From Deinococcota bacterium (lineage in GTDB: Bacteria; Deinococcota; Deinococci; Deinococcales; Thermaceae), in NCBI GenBank assembly GCA_041695225.1, contig JBGFRI010000003.1, forward strand, positions 64,001 to 128,000: a DNA stretch of 64,000 nucleotides. The letters are read 5' to 3'. The notes below the pieces were generated by a model. That model was not told where the DNA came from. It made no database searches and saw only the letters and a list, made by a program, of their open reading frames with translations. The number at the start of each line of letters is the position of its first letter. Within the stretch, counting starts at the first letter, position 1. Below, one piece after another: positions 1-9,806 of this stretch. A program made the translations under genes and the position numbers.

Positions 1-52
1 GCGGATGATCTGGTCACCAGATTCCTGCATCAAAGATCCGATACCCACCAGC

Positions 53-81
53 ATTTTCCCCACACACATGGGCATATACCA
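53..81 (+). repeat. Solitary degenerate type I-E-like CRISPR repeat
   Basis: ATTTTCCCCACACACATGGGCATATACCA, 29 nt, aligns without gaps to the array repeat GTGTTCCCTACGTGCGTGGGGGTGTACCG; lies at the window edge. Confidence 0.5.
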
Positions 82-140
82 AGAAACTGCTTGTGCTTGT
101 CTTCGCTACCGCATGATAGACTATTTCATGATAGGAGGAG

Positions 141-1364
141 ATGATAATGAAAATAGTCTATGGCGACCGCGGCCCCGAGATCTGGTCCCGGGGCAGCCTG
201 GTGGGGTACCACTACGAACGGGGTCCTCAGGTACCGCTAGAAATAAGCGGTGGGAACCTCGAGACCATTAAGCAAGTAGCTCTTGAGCTACACAAGCAGC
301 CTGCACACCGGCTTATGGCCCATCAGCTATACTTCTGGCTCATGGGCGCGAAACTCCCTGAGGGATATAAACCTTTAGGGGATGCTCTGGGAGTTGCCGA
401 TGGTCAGTTGTATTTCTTAGGGGCTCTAGCCAGCCGCCAGGCCATCCGAGAGAACTGGGCTCTGGCCTTGAAAAACTTCCCAATGGACTGGTGGCCAGCA
501 TTGCGGCTGTGGCTGCTCTTCCCCTGGAGAGGGCTTGATCAGAGGGTTGTAGATGGCCTGCCAGGCGGGGTTCTCTGTAATGAGCGTCTCCTCCTCTCAC
601 AGGATGGCACCCTTCTTTACGAGGAAGGAGACCTCGATCCCTACTCGGACCTTCTGGAGTGGTTGGAGGGCCAGCCCCTTGAGGCCGCCCTTGAGCTGAA
701 TATACCGGCAGTAGCTGGATGGAAAGTCAATCCAGAGGCGCCACCTATCGCTGGCGTACTGGCACACTGGTACAGGGATGGAAAACCCTGGTTGCTGGGA
801 TCGGCCTTCAATAAGGTCTGGCTCCTGGGGCCCAGAGTAACAGTCTGCCTGAAGCCATCCGCCAAAAAGGTGCTTCGGGAAGCACTCGAGGCCGATCATC
901 TATCACCAGATGACCCCACCTGTGTCTTCTGGGCGCAAGCCACTACCGGAAAAGGTCTTGCCGTAAAGCCAGGTCATGCAAACCTTGTCAGGCGCCTGGA
1001 TTCTTTCCAGTTGTTTTCTGGCAAGAAAACTCGCTGGGTTACGTTGAACAATCAGGCCTACGAAACGTCAGTACCCTTCACCAGGGCCCTGGAGGAGGGA
1101 TGGCTAAATCCCGGTGAGATGTCTACCTGGTTGCTTCGTGAGGGTGGGCAAAAGGCTCTTGAACACTCACACAAGCACCCAATGGAGTACGTTGGCCAGC
1201 TGCAAGGGAACAACGTATACCTGGGCAAAGCGTTCGACCGATGGGAGCTGAGAACTAGTAGCCATCGTATTGGCATCTACTCTTCTCGGCAAGATGCCCA
1301 TACTGCGGTAGTCCGGAACGGCCTGGCCAGCCTGTGGGCCATGGAGCGCTTGGTGGCGCTCTAA
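141..1364 (+). CDS. Unknown ~400-aa paralog family, copy 1
   Basis: 407 aa; motifs HQLYFW, LGDALG, HLSPDDPT..WAQATTG and C-terminal GLASLWAMERL shared with 7 other ORFs; GATAGGAGG leader. Confidence 0.85.
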   Translation: MIMKIVYGDRGPEIWSRGSLVGYHYERGPQVPLEISGGNLETIKQVALELHKQPAHRLMAHQLYFWLMGAKLPEGYKPLGDALGVADGQLYFLGALASRQAIRENWALALKNFPMDWWPALRLWLLFPWRGLDQRVVDGLPGGVLCNERLLLSQDGTLLYEEGDLDPYSDLLEWLEGQPLEAALELNIPAVAGWKVNPEAPPIAGVLAHWYRDGKPWLLGSAFNKVWLLGPRVTVCLKPSAKKVLREALEADHLSPDDPTCVFWAQATTGKGLAVKPGHANLVRRLDSFQLFSGKKTRWVTLNNQAYETSVPFTRALEEGWLNPGEMSTWLLREGGQKALEHSHKHPMEYVGQLQGNNVYLGKAFDRWELRTSSHRIGIYSSRQDAHTAVVRNGLASLWAMERLVAL

Positions 1365-1424
1365 GTAGCTACATCAGCTATGCGGTGCCATACCCAAAGG
1401 TATGGCGCCGCTCTGCTTAATCAC

Positions 1425-1454
1425 AAAAAAGAGACCCCAAAAGGTCTCTTTTTG
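1425..1454. terminator. Bidirectional intrinsic terminator
   Basis: AAAAAAGAGACC-CCAAAA-GGTCTCTTTTT between convergent genes. Confidence 0.7.
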
Positions 1455-1466
1455 CTCCTGCTGCGC

Positions 1467-1877
1467 CTACGGCAAAGTCGCCCAGAGAGGCCTCATCTCC
1501 CTCGAGCCGGAGTAAGAGGGCTCAAGGGTATGCCCCTCCAGCGAGGCCTCCCCTTTGTGCAGGACAACTGTAATCAGGGCCTCCTGGGCCTCGATTCCGC
1601 TCAGCCTGTCCAGTAGCTCCTGTAAGGGAAGGTCTTCCAGGTCGGCGAAGTCACCGAGCCCCTCAATCTCTGCAGCGCTGTAGACCGACGCCTCAATCTT
1701 CCGAGGCGACTTTAGAATCACCTCGAGGCCCTGGCCCTGCTCCTCCAGAACCTGGGCGGCTCTTTTTAGAAGCGCCAGCTCCTGCTGGACAGCTCCCCAG
1801 CTAGTCTCGTCCAGGGCCACTACAATTTGCCCGGACATTTGTTCGTCTGCCGTAAACCCGTATCCATGAATGAACAT
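1467..1877 (-). CDS. Small acidic hypothetical protein
   Basis: ATG at 1877 preceded by GGAGGTGA; 136 aa, D/E-rich. Confidence 0.7.
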   Translation of the reverse strand: MFIHGYGFTADEQMSGQIVVALDETSWGAVQQELALLKRAAQVLEEQGQGLEVILKSPRKIEASVYSAAEIEGLGDFADLEDLPLQELLDRLSGIEAQEALITVVLHKGEASLEGHTLEPSYSGSREMRPLWATLP

Positions 1878-1946
1878 GCTCACCTCCGATAGGGGTCTCC
1901 TATCGGCATATATTATACATCTGGCTTCCTGGTATGATCCGTTCTT

Positions 1947-1979
1947 TCTTACACCCAAACCCTAACCATGGGTGTAAGA
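1947..1979. promoter_or_regulatory. 33-bp palindromic site TCTTACACCCA-N11-TGGGTGTAAGA, copy 1
   Basis: Perfect 11-bp arms; identical arms at 57340 and 61443; lies between divergent promoters. Confidence 0.75.
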
Positions 1980-2028
1980 CGCTGCCATCTCCCACTCTGA
2001 TATATAATGCTCCCCGATAGGAGGAGTA

Positions 2029-4014
2029 ATGGAAAACAAACTCAGTTTCAAGCAGTTCATAGAGCGATTCGGCACCGAGCTGGTAGCCCAGGCCGAGGCC
2101 GCCCTCCCACCCATAGTCACCCAGCCCCTGTATCGGAAGTCTGGGCGCACTCCCAAGGGCCAGCAGGCCCTGGCTTCTGCCGGGTTGCTCCAGCGGCTTC
2201 AACAGGGCCAGGCCATCACCTATCTCCCTGCCGAGATGTCTACGGGTAAAAGCAAAATTGCCCTGGACGCAGTGCTGGCCTACCAGCCCCAAGGGCGCAC
2301 CCTGGTTCTCTGCCCACCCCACCTCGTAGAGAAGTGGAAAAGGGAGGCCGAACTCGAGGGTGCCAGGGGAATAATTCTCAACTCCCCTGCTGACGTGAGG
2401 GCCCTGGCCTCAATGGATGGCCCGTTGGTGGCCGTCCTCTCGCGGGAGAAGGCCAAGCTCGGCTCTGGGTGGAAGCCCGCCGTAACCTGGCGGCGAGGGC
2501 TCCCCACCTGCCCCGACTGCTCCCGGCTGGTTATCGACAAGGACAGGCTGCCCCTAACCCAGTCCGCACTTGAGCGAAAACGCCACTTCTGCAAGTGCGG
2601 CTCTGCCCTCTGGCAGCAGGTAGGCTCAGCCCGGGTTCCCCTGGCCGATTACCTGAAGCGCATCATCCCCAGGGGTTTCTTCAAGACTATGATCCTTGAC
2701 GAGGCCCACGAGTACAAAGCAGGGGACAGCGCTCAGGGTATCGTAGCAGGCAGCCTGGGCTTCTGGGTCGGCCAGGTGCTGGCCCTCACCGGAACCCTGT
2801 TTGGCGGCTACGCCAGCAACCTGTTCCACCTGTTATGGCGGTACATGCCCGAGTTCCGGGCGAAGTACCGCCATAACGAGGCCGCTCGCTTCGTGGCCGA
2901 GTATGGCCTGCTCGAGCGGGTCACCCGCGAGGCAGACTACCGGGATGGCCGGGTCAGCCGGCGCAAGGAGCGTAGCAGCCATACCAGGGAGCGGCCGGGG
3001 CTCTCCCCCTTGTTGCTGCCCTGGCTACTACCAGCCAGCGCCTTTGTGCGTCTGACCGATGTGGTGGAGGGTCTGCCGCCCTACGAAGAGCAAGTGCAAC
3101 TGCTCCAGATGGACGGATTCCACCAGGGGCAGATAAAGCACTTCTACGACGACCTCAAAGAAGCGGTAAACGCAGCCCTCGTCCGGGGCTCCAGGCGGCT
3201 GCTGGGAGCCTATCTGCAAGCTGGCCTATCGGTACCAGATGCACCCTGGGAACCCACCGAGGTAGTCGAGCCCGATACCAAGAGGGTAGTGGCCTCCTAC
3301 GACCCTCTGCCAGGCGAGTACCAGCACGCCAAGGAGCGCGAGCTTCTGGATCTGGTTTGCCGTGAGCAAGCAGGGGGCCGCCGGGTGCTGGTCTACGTCC
3401 AGAACACCCGGGTGCGTGACCAGCTCAGCCGCCTGAAGGCCCAGCTCGAGAACCAGGGCCTCCGGGTAGCGGTACTGCGGGCCGAGACCGTACCCGCAGC
3501 CAGGCGGGAGGCCTGGCTGGCCCAACAGGTGAACCAGGGAGTGGACGTGGTGCTCGCCCACCCCCGCCTGGTGCAGACCGGCCTGGATCTGATCGATTTC
3601 CCCACCCTGGTCTTTTACCAGGTGGAGTATTCGGTCTACACCCTGCGCCAGGCTGCCCGTCGCAGCTGGCGGATCGGGCAGACCCAGCCGGTGCGGGTAG
3701 TCTTCATGGGCTACCAGCAGACCCTGCAGGCAGGGGCTTACAGCCTGATCGCCACCAAGGCCCGCAGTAGTCTAGCCCTCGAGGGGGAGCTGGTAGAGGG
3801 TGGCCTGGTAGCCGCGGCGGAGGAGGATCCCCTGCTCCTGCTGGCCCGCAGTCTGATCAGTCAGACTGATCTGGACTGGCGGGGCAGCCGCCTGGGACTC
3901 GAGAAACTACCAGACCGACAGGTAGAGCTGCCTCTGCTTGCCACCCCCCGCTGGGTCGGTGCAGGCAAAAGCCGGGTACTCCTGCCGGCCGGGCAGCCGG
4001 TCCTGTTTTCCTGA
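2029..4014 (+). CDS. SF2 (SNF2/DEAD-like) helicase with Zn-ribbon insertion
   Basis: Walker A AEMSTGKS, LDEAH, LTGT, TGLDL, RRSWRIGQ; CPDC..CKCG. Confidence 0.85.
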   Translation: MENKLSFKQFIERFGTELVAQAEAALPPIVTQPLYRKSGRTPKGQQALASAGLLQRLQQGQAITYLPAEMSTGKSKIALDAVLAYQPQGRTLVLCPPHLVEKWKREAELEGARGIILNSPADVRALASMDGPLVAVLSREKAKLGSGWKPAVTWRRGLPTCPDCSRLVIDKDRLPLTQSALERKRHFCKCGSALWQQVGSARVPLADYLKRIIPRGFFKTMILDEAHEYKAGDSAQGIVAGSLGFWVGQVLALTGTLFGGYASNLFHLLWRYMPEFRAKYRHNEAARFVAEYGLLERVTREADYRDGRVSRRKERSSHTRERPGLSPLLLPWLLPASAFVRLTDVVEGLPPYEEQVQLLQMDGFHQGQIKHFYDDLKEAVNAALVRGSRRLLGAYLQAGLSVPDAPWEPTEVVEPDTKRVVASYDPLPGEYQHAKERELLDLVCREQAGGRRVLVYVQNTRVRDQLSRLKAQLENQGLRVAVLRAETVPAARREAWLAQQVNQGVDVVLAHPRLVQTGLDLIDFPTLVFYQVEYSVYTLRQAARRSWRIGQTQPVRVVFMGYQQTLQAGAYSLIATKARSSLALEGELVEGGLVAAAEEDPLLLLARSLISQTDLDWRGSRLGLEKLPDRQVELPLLATPRWVGAGKSRVLLPAGQPVLFS

Positions 4015-4112
4015 TCAAGCAGCCACAGCAGAAAAACCGGGGCTTCGGCCCCGGTCTTGTTGTTAATAGCGCTACAGGAATATATACTACATCGTGATAG
4101 GAGGAGAAGAAT

Positions 4113-5048
4113 ATGCGAATAGCCGCCAAAGCAAAAGCTGGTTTCTACCCCACCCCCCGGAGGGTGGTTGAACTCATCCAGTCCCGCATTGCAGGACTGG
4201 GAGATCTGCTGGATCCCTGCGCCGGAGAGGGGGATGCCATCAAGGCCCTCTCCATCAGCACCCAGTGTAGGGCACTGGCCATTGAGTTATCCCAAACCCG
4301 GGCTGCCAGGTGCCGCGAGAAGGGGCTCCAGACCCAGCAGGGAGATTCCCTGCAATACGAAGGAGGCGGCTTCGGCTTGCTCTACCTCAACCCCCCCTAC
4401 GACGATGGGGAAGGTGAGCGACTTGAGTACACCTTCCTCAAACACTGGACGCCCGCCCTGCGACCCAGTGGATTGCTGGTGTACTTGATCCCGGAACGGA
4501 TTCTGCCCCGGGTGGCCGACTTCCTGACTGCCTGGTACGGCGACCTCAGGGCAGTACGTTTTCCTGAGCCGGAGTACCAGGCCTTTAAGCAGATAGTCGT
4601 CTTCGGGAAAAAGCGGGAGGCGGTAGCCGCACCGGAAAGCCTCCAGGTTCAAGGGGTACTCGAGACCGGTAAAGACTGGAGCTACTGGTTTCCCGGAGGC
4701 ACTGGCTGGCTGATGCAGAAAACCGTCCCGGTGGAAGAAGCCCTGGCCCTAGCCAGCAAAAGCCCGCTCTGGGAGCCTTACCAAAGCCGCGCTCTCGAGG
4801 CGTTCCGGCCCCTCCTGCCTCTAAAACAGGCCCACCTGGCCCTACTAATCGCAGGTGGCATCATGGACAACCAGGTCGTGAACCTGGACGGAATGCCTCA
4901 TCTCATCAAAGGCCAGGTTCAAAAGACCGAAACCTTTGTGGAGGAAGAGGAAGAGGACGGCGGGACCAAAACGGTAGCCCGCGAGCGGTTTGAGGTCCAG
5001 GTAATAGCCCTGAACATGGCTACTGCTGAGATCCTGGAGGTGTCCTGA
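4113..5048 (+). CDS. N6-adenine-type DNA methyltransferase (DUF6094-like)
   Basis: GFYPTP, LDPCAGEG, LNPPY; adjacent to a helicase as in many ICEs/plasmids. Confidence 0.8.
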   Translation: MRIAAKAKAGFYPTPRRVVELIQSRIAGLGDLLDPCAGEGDAIKALSISTQCRALAIELSQTRAARCREKGLQTQQGDSLQYEGGGFGLLYLNPPYDDGEGERLEYTFLKHWTPALRPSGLLVYLIPERILPRVADFLTAWYGDLRAVRFPEPEYQAFKQIVVFGKKREAVAAPESLQVQGVLETGKDWSYWFPGGTGWLMQKTVPVEEALALASKSPLWEPYQSRALEAFRPLLPLKQAHLALLIAGGIMDNQVVNLDGMPHLIKGQVQKTETFVEEEEEDGGTKTVARERFEVQVIALNMATAEILEVS

Positions 5049-5548
5049 TGAAGGTCACGATCAACGGGATCCCGGTAGTGCTGGATCGGCTGGCGGTGCA
5101 TCACGCCACTGGCATCCTGGTCTCAGTCGTGGGCGCTCGTGAGGCGGTTTATGCTGCCTACGGCGCCTACCAGCGTGCGCAAGGAATTACCTTGCCTCTT
5201 GACGGCCGGGACATCCGTGTAAACAGCCCCAGCCCGGTCAAAGGCCGCTTCACTACCCTGGCCCGAGGAGTAGTTCACGGTCTGTTCGTGAGGGAGAACC
5301 TTTCCGAATACTATCTGGTTCTCGAGCCCAACAACCCCGACCTGGCGGCAGAAGCCCGCTGGCTCTCCAACCAGATCGGACTACCCATTCTGCCTCACTG
5401 GGTACCAGAAGTGCGCAAGCTGCTGCCAAACCAGGCTTTAACCAGCTGGCGCATGGAGGTGTACTACCTCCCACGCTTCCGAGCCGAGGAAGTCAAGAAG
5501 GCAGTACAGAGCGCAGTAAGGAAGGGCCACCTGACGCTCCCACAGTAG
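5048..5548 (+). CDS. Hypothetical protein
   Basis: 166 aa, coupled (TGATG) to the methyltransferase; followed by a hairpin at 5564-5590. Confidence 0.7.
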   Translation: MKVTINGIPVVLDRLAVHHATGILVSVVGAREAVYAAYGAYQRAQGITLPLDGRDIRVNSPSPVKGRFTTLARGVVHGLFVRENLSEYYLVLEPNNPDLAAEARWLSNQIGLPILPHWVPEVRKLLPNQALTSWRMEVYYLPRFRAEEVKKAVQSAVRKGHLTLPQ

Positions 5549-5617
5549 CCACAGCCCCAAAAAGAAGGAGTCCCTTTCGGGGACTCCTTCCTGCTGAGAT
5601 GGCGGCTAATCCTGCTA

Positions 5618-6151
5618 TCAAGCCGCCACTGCAGCCAGCCGCTCCTCCGGCCTATGTGCTTCAACTGCCCGGCAGACTGCCTCGAGGAACAGCCGGGGCA
5701 GGCGCGAGTAGTGCGCCAGCAGCCGCTGGCCCCGACCGGGCTGCTCCAGCCGACTGCTCACCAAAAGATCAAACTCCAGCCAGGCCCGCTCACGCACCAG
5801 CTTCTCGCTGGCTGCAAGCTGGTTGATCCAGTCCTGCGAGAGGGGCTCCTTCAAGCACCGCCTGGCGATTCCCACGGCCTCGGCCCGCTGCCACAGAACC
5901 TGGGGATCGCGCAGCGGCAGTCCCTCGGCCAGGTCGAGTTGCAGCAGGTCGGACAGACGGTACTCGATTCTGGGGTACTGGCCATTCTTTTGCAGGGCCC
6001 CATCCCGGACCAGATCCAGCAGGGCAGTGAGAATCGTGGCCTCAGCCAGCGATCCTCTGAGTCCCCAGTTATCGTGGGCGATCTTGTAGACTTGATCAAG
6101 GGTTTTCGGGCCGTCAGCAATAAGTTGTAGCAGCTGTTCACGCATGGTCAT
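5618..6151 (-). CDS. Hypothetical protein, possible N-terminal winged helix
   Basis: 177 aa, overlaps the hypX stop; N-terminus LLQLIADGPKTLDQV. Confidence 0.6.
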   Translation of the reverse strand: MTMREQLLQLIADGPKTLDQVYKIAHDNWGLRGSLAEATILTALLDLVRDGALQKNGQYPRIEYRLSDLLQLDLAEGLPLRDPQVLWQRAEAVGIARRCLKEPLSQDWINQLAASEKLVRERAWLEFDLLVSSRLEQPGRGQRLLAHYSRLPRLFLEAVCRAVEAHRPEERLAAVAA

Positions 6152-7868
6152 ACCTCTGTATCTCCTCCTGCACCCTGCGGTGCAGGGCTAGATGTGCTGG
6201 TGTACTGGTTGGAGCTATCTTGTAGACAAACTCCCGCCGGGCCTGGTGGTAAGCAGTCTCGCCCCAGAAGTTGCGGCCCATCTGGGCCAGCTCCTCAATC
6301 CGGTAACGCTCAAGGCTCTTGCGCTCTCGGTCTGCCTTTAGGCCCTGCTGCTTCAAGGCTAGAGTAGCTGAGAGGATGTCCGGGTGCAGGGCCTGCCATA
6401 GCTGTTCCTGTACCTTCTCGGCAAAAGCCCCCCTGTCTCCAGGCAGCAAAACATCTACCAGGCCAATCCGCAGCGCTTCTTCATCACCCAGGGGCAGCAA
6501 GCCGTTGGTTAATTGCTGGGCAGTGCGCTGGCCAACCCGGCGCGGCAACAGATAAGTCCAGTATTCCGAGCCATACAGGCCCCCCATCCCCTTGTAGTGG
6601 GGATTCAGCACCACACCCCGGCGCAGCAGCACCCGGTCAGCGGCCAGGGCCAGGATCACTCCACCCGCACCGGCATTTCCTCGCACCGCCGAGAAGACCA
6701 GCTGCTGCTCCATTTCCAGCAGCTCCAGCACCACGTCGTTGATAGCATTGATGCTCTCCCAGCTCTCCAGGGCTGGATCTTTCGCCGCCTCGATGGCCCC
6801 CAGATGGATGCCGTTGCAAAAAGCGTCATGGCCGCCCCACAGCACCAGGGCTGCGATGGGCCGCTGTTTAGCCGTCCGTATCGCTTCCCGCAGACTCCGA
6901 GCCTGCTCAGTGTTGAAAGCCCCGCCCTGGAACTCCCAGGCCAGGTGCCCTACCAGCTGATGGTAGGGGGCACAGTTCACTGTCTCTTCCCAGTAGCGGA
7001 TCTCCTGGTAGCCAGCAGCGCCCCACCGCTCCGGTATCCCGGCCAGGCGGTCCCCCAGCACCTGAGTAGCCGGCAGTTTAATACCGCCTTTGGTCTTCAG
7101 ATGGCTGATCCATACTGCGCCATCCAGTGTCCGCCGCAGGATCGCGCCGTTCTGGTGAGCCAGCACCTCACCCGGCCTACCCTGGCCTACCGGCTCGTAG
7201 TGCACCTGGGCCCCGTAGAGATAGCAGGTAAGGTCCAGCACCTGATCCAGTACACCAGGGGAGCCATCTGCCGCCTGGATGCGCCGGATAACCTCCTGGG
7301 TTGGCATTGTAGCCCAGTCAATCGCCCGGTCTTTCTGCTTGATCACCGGGTGCAGCACCCCCCAGGCCCCCTCGAGGTCCTTCAAAGGAGTAGGCTGCCA
7401 CTCACCCTGCCGCCAGGCTGGAAAGTGGTGAAGGGCCTCGAGGACACACTCCACCGCCGCCTCTACTACCTCATTCTGGTAGATCGAGCTTTTAGGAGCC
7501 TGGCGCATGGGAAACTCCCGCCAGGCCCAGACATCCCCGGCATCCATCTCGGCGTTGGCCTGCAACAGGGTCACTCCCCAGCGGGGCTGGCCCTGCATGA
7601 TGGCGTAATCCAGGCTGTACGCGCCTCGATCTCCGCGCACCCCAGGATGCACAATCAGGGTTGGATAGCGGCTCCAGATGCTCTCCGGCACTGCCGCTTT
7701 GAGAAATGGCGCAAGGATCAGATCGGGCTGGAAGAGTGCCACCGCCTCCTCCATCAGCACATCACTGATAGCAAATTCAACACTCACGGTATGCCCCAGC
7801 CGGGTTAGCTCGATCTGGAAGCGCTGGCTCATCGAATTGTGGGATGTAGTCAGGAACAGAACACGCAT
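6138..7868 (-). CDS. hypX: HypX/HoxX hydrogenase maturation factor (formyltransferase + crotonase fold)
   Basis: MRVLFLTTSHNSMSQR, HPG..GDRGAYSLD, EMDAGD, NAGAGG, LNPHYKGMGGLYGSEYWTYLLP. Confidence 0.9.
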   Translation of the reverse strand: MRVLFLTTSHNSMSQRFQIELTRLGHTVSVEFAISDVLMEEAVALFQPDLILAPFLKAAVPESIWSRYPTLIVHPGVRGDRGAYSLDYAIMQGQPRWGVTLLQANAEMDAGDVWAWREFPMRQAPKSSIYQNEVVEAAVECVLEALHHFPAWRQGEWQPTPLKDLEGAWGVLHPVIKQKDRAIDWATMPTQEVIRRIQAADGSPGVLDQVLDLTCYLYGAQVHYEPVGQGRPGEVLAHQNGAILRRTLDGAVWISHLKTKGGIKLPATQVLGDRLAGIPERWGAAGYQEIRYWEETVNCAPYHQLVGHLAWEFQGGAFNTEQARSLREAIRTAKQRPIAALVLWGGHDAFCNGIHLGAIEAAKDPALESWESINAINDVVLELLEMEQQLVFSAVRGNAGAGGVILALAADRVLLRRGVVLNPHYKGMGGLYGSEYWTYLLPRRVGQRTAQQLTNGLLPLGDEEALRIGLVDVLLPGDRGAFAEKVQEQLWQALHPDILSATLALKQQGLKADRERKSLERYRIEELAQMGRNFWGETAYHQARREFVYKIAPTSTPAHLALHRRVQEEIQRYDHA

Positions 7869-7917
7869 CTGTAAACCTCAATCGGCAAAACACTCTGAAG
7901 GTGGTGTGACAGCATCT

Positions 7918-8118
7918 CTACCCCAGGATCGCCACCCCCAGAACAACCAGCACAAGACCGGCCACGAACAACACTGGCCCAAGCCAGCGTGTCACCAGTG
8001 CTTCCAGCCGGGAACCACCCTGCACCGACGGCTGAAAAAATCCCGGTAGGGCGATAATCGCTGTCAACACCATGAACAACCCCACTACGATCAAGGGCCA
8101 GGCCAGCAACGTAAGCAT
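7918..8118 (-). CDS. Small two-TM membrane protein
   Basis: 66 aa with two hydrophobic stretches; GATAGGAG leader. Confidence 0.65.
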   Translation of the reverse strand: MLTLLAWPLIVVGLFMVLTAIIALPGFFQPSVQGGSRLEALVTRWLGPVLFVAGLVLVVLGVAILG

Positions 8119-8228
8119 CTCTCACTCTCCTATCAACAGAGTATATATCAGCAAAACTGGAGAGCACTACCAGCGTCTCATAAACAAAAAAGAGCAGGAC
8201 ATCCTGCTCTTTTTCTCAGCGTCTCTTG

Positions 8229-9480
8229 CTATACCCGAGCCAGCCGGTGAGCCATAATCTCACCATGATGGCGGTCCTGCGCAATTGTCGCACCAATTGC
8301 TTCCAGGCTACCAGTCAGTAGGACATGGGTGTTGACCTGCTTCACCGCTGGCTCCAGGACAGCCAGACGGTACTGGTCATCCCCGCTATCCCTTTCCAGG
8401 ATAGCCAGTGGCACACCACAAACTATGCCCAGGTAGACATATACCCGGGTTTTAGCCAGGCTGGAAAGGACCCCGAGATGACCACCCTGCCCGAACAGCT
8501 CAATGTCCTCAAGCGTCAGGCTGGAGAGAGCTTCCCAGGCGGTAGCGCCAGTCCGGTACAGAAGCCACAGCGGAATATCCCTCGCATTAGGCTCAGTGTA
8601 CCTCACTGCAATTATCTGGGAGTTTGGCGCAACTACCTCCTGAGCCTGCTTGTCCACAGTGCTCGTTAGCAATTTTCCGCTAACAGCTCTCAGCCAGTAC
8701 AGGCAGGTTGGATCATCAGGACGAAGGTGGCCCGCACGCAGCAACTTTTTCAGCCGCGGCAAGTGGGCCACCGCCTCCTGGACTTCCGGGGCCTACCAGA
8801 ATAGGTTCAGAACCGGCGTAAAAGAGCCCCCAACGGCCGTCATCCCGCATCCAGGAAGCAACATTATCCCAGCTTGGAGGAACCTCAGGCCACTCCTTCC
8901 AGTGTACCAGACGCCAGTTGTCCAGCTGCCTGACCTCCTCCAGGGTATGGTCATCCAGCCAGGCCTGCATAGCCGGGGAAAGCTCTTGGTCCTCAGTGTG
9001 GTATAGCGTTCGTCCGTTGCGATCCAATATCTCGCTGTCAACGACATACAGGTCGTCAACCGGCTTGAACTTATACCGAGGCTGCAGGCCGTGCTGGGGA
9101 AAAAGCCGCCAGACCTGCAGTCCAAGAAGCTGTGAGCTGTTTAGGCCATGTGCAGCCAGGGCCAGAGTAGGCGCTCCTCTGGCCTCGAGCTGCTCCAGGC
9201 TGACCGGCTGGCCCAGGTAGTAAACCTGCGTATAGGAGCAGCCCAACGCTGGACCGTAAGGCCGGTAGCCAGGTACTTCCCTCTCCCGCCCCCTCACCCA
9301 GAAAAAGAATCGGTGCAGAAAGTCCAGTGGAACCGGCCCGCCCGCCCGGTACTGCTGAACCAGGATGGCCAGCTCCTCCTCAGTTGCCTGGGGTGGCAGA
9401 AGCGGCTGGGTATCCCAGATGTGGGCGATAAGCTCATCCTTCCAGAAAACCTGACCCCGGATAACTTCAAGTAATTTCAT
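8229..9480 (-). pseudogene. ~400-aa paralog family, copy 2 (frameshifted)
   Basis: ORFs 8716..9480 and 8229..8771 carry the N- and C-terminal family motifs; removing one G from GGGG at 8788-8791 fuses them (LVGPEVQEAVAHLPRL). Confidence 0.8.
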
Positions 9481-9572
9481 TCTGTCCTCCTATCGGCAAT
9501 TACTATACCACTCTCTTGACAACCTACCTTGAATATACTACCATATATTTCAAGTATCGAGCAGGAAATAAC

Positions 9573-9806
9573 ATGACACCCGAACAGCGCCTCAACGCAG
9601 AACTTGACGAAGCCCAGGCCAAAGCCTGGGATGCCCTCAGTCGCTACAAATTCCAAATGTTCGGCTACTGGGCTGCCATCTGGGTACACCTCAACCGGAT
9701 CAGCGATCAGAAGCGCCCGAACCCCTGGCGGGATCTGGTGCTAACCGCCAGAAACCGCACTCCAGCTGCTCATCAAGGAGAAGACACATGCACGGCCTCT
9801 TCCTGA
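9573..9806 (+). CDS. Hypothetical protein
   Basis: 77 aa; TTGACA-N17-TACCAT upstream; first gene of the tmk operon. Confidence 0.65.
   Translation: MTPEQRLNAELDEAQAKAWDALSRYKFQMFGYWAAIWVHLNRISDQKRPNPWRDLVLTARNRTPAAHQGEDTCTASS

Noticed and set aside
6513..7808. 431-aa plus-strand ORF
   Set aside because: Antisense shadow of hypX in GC-rich DNA; the same applies to most other overlapping ORFs in the track.
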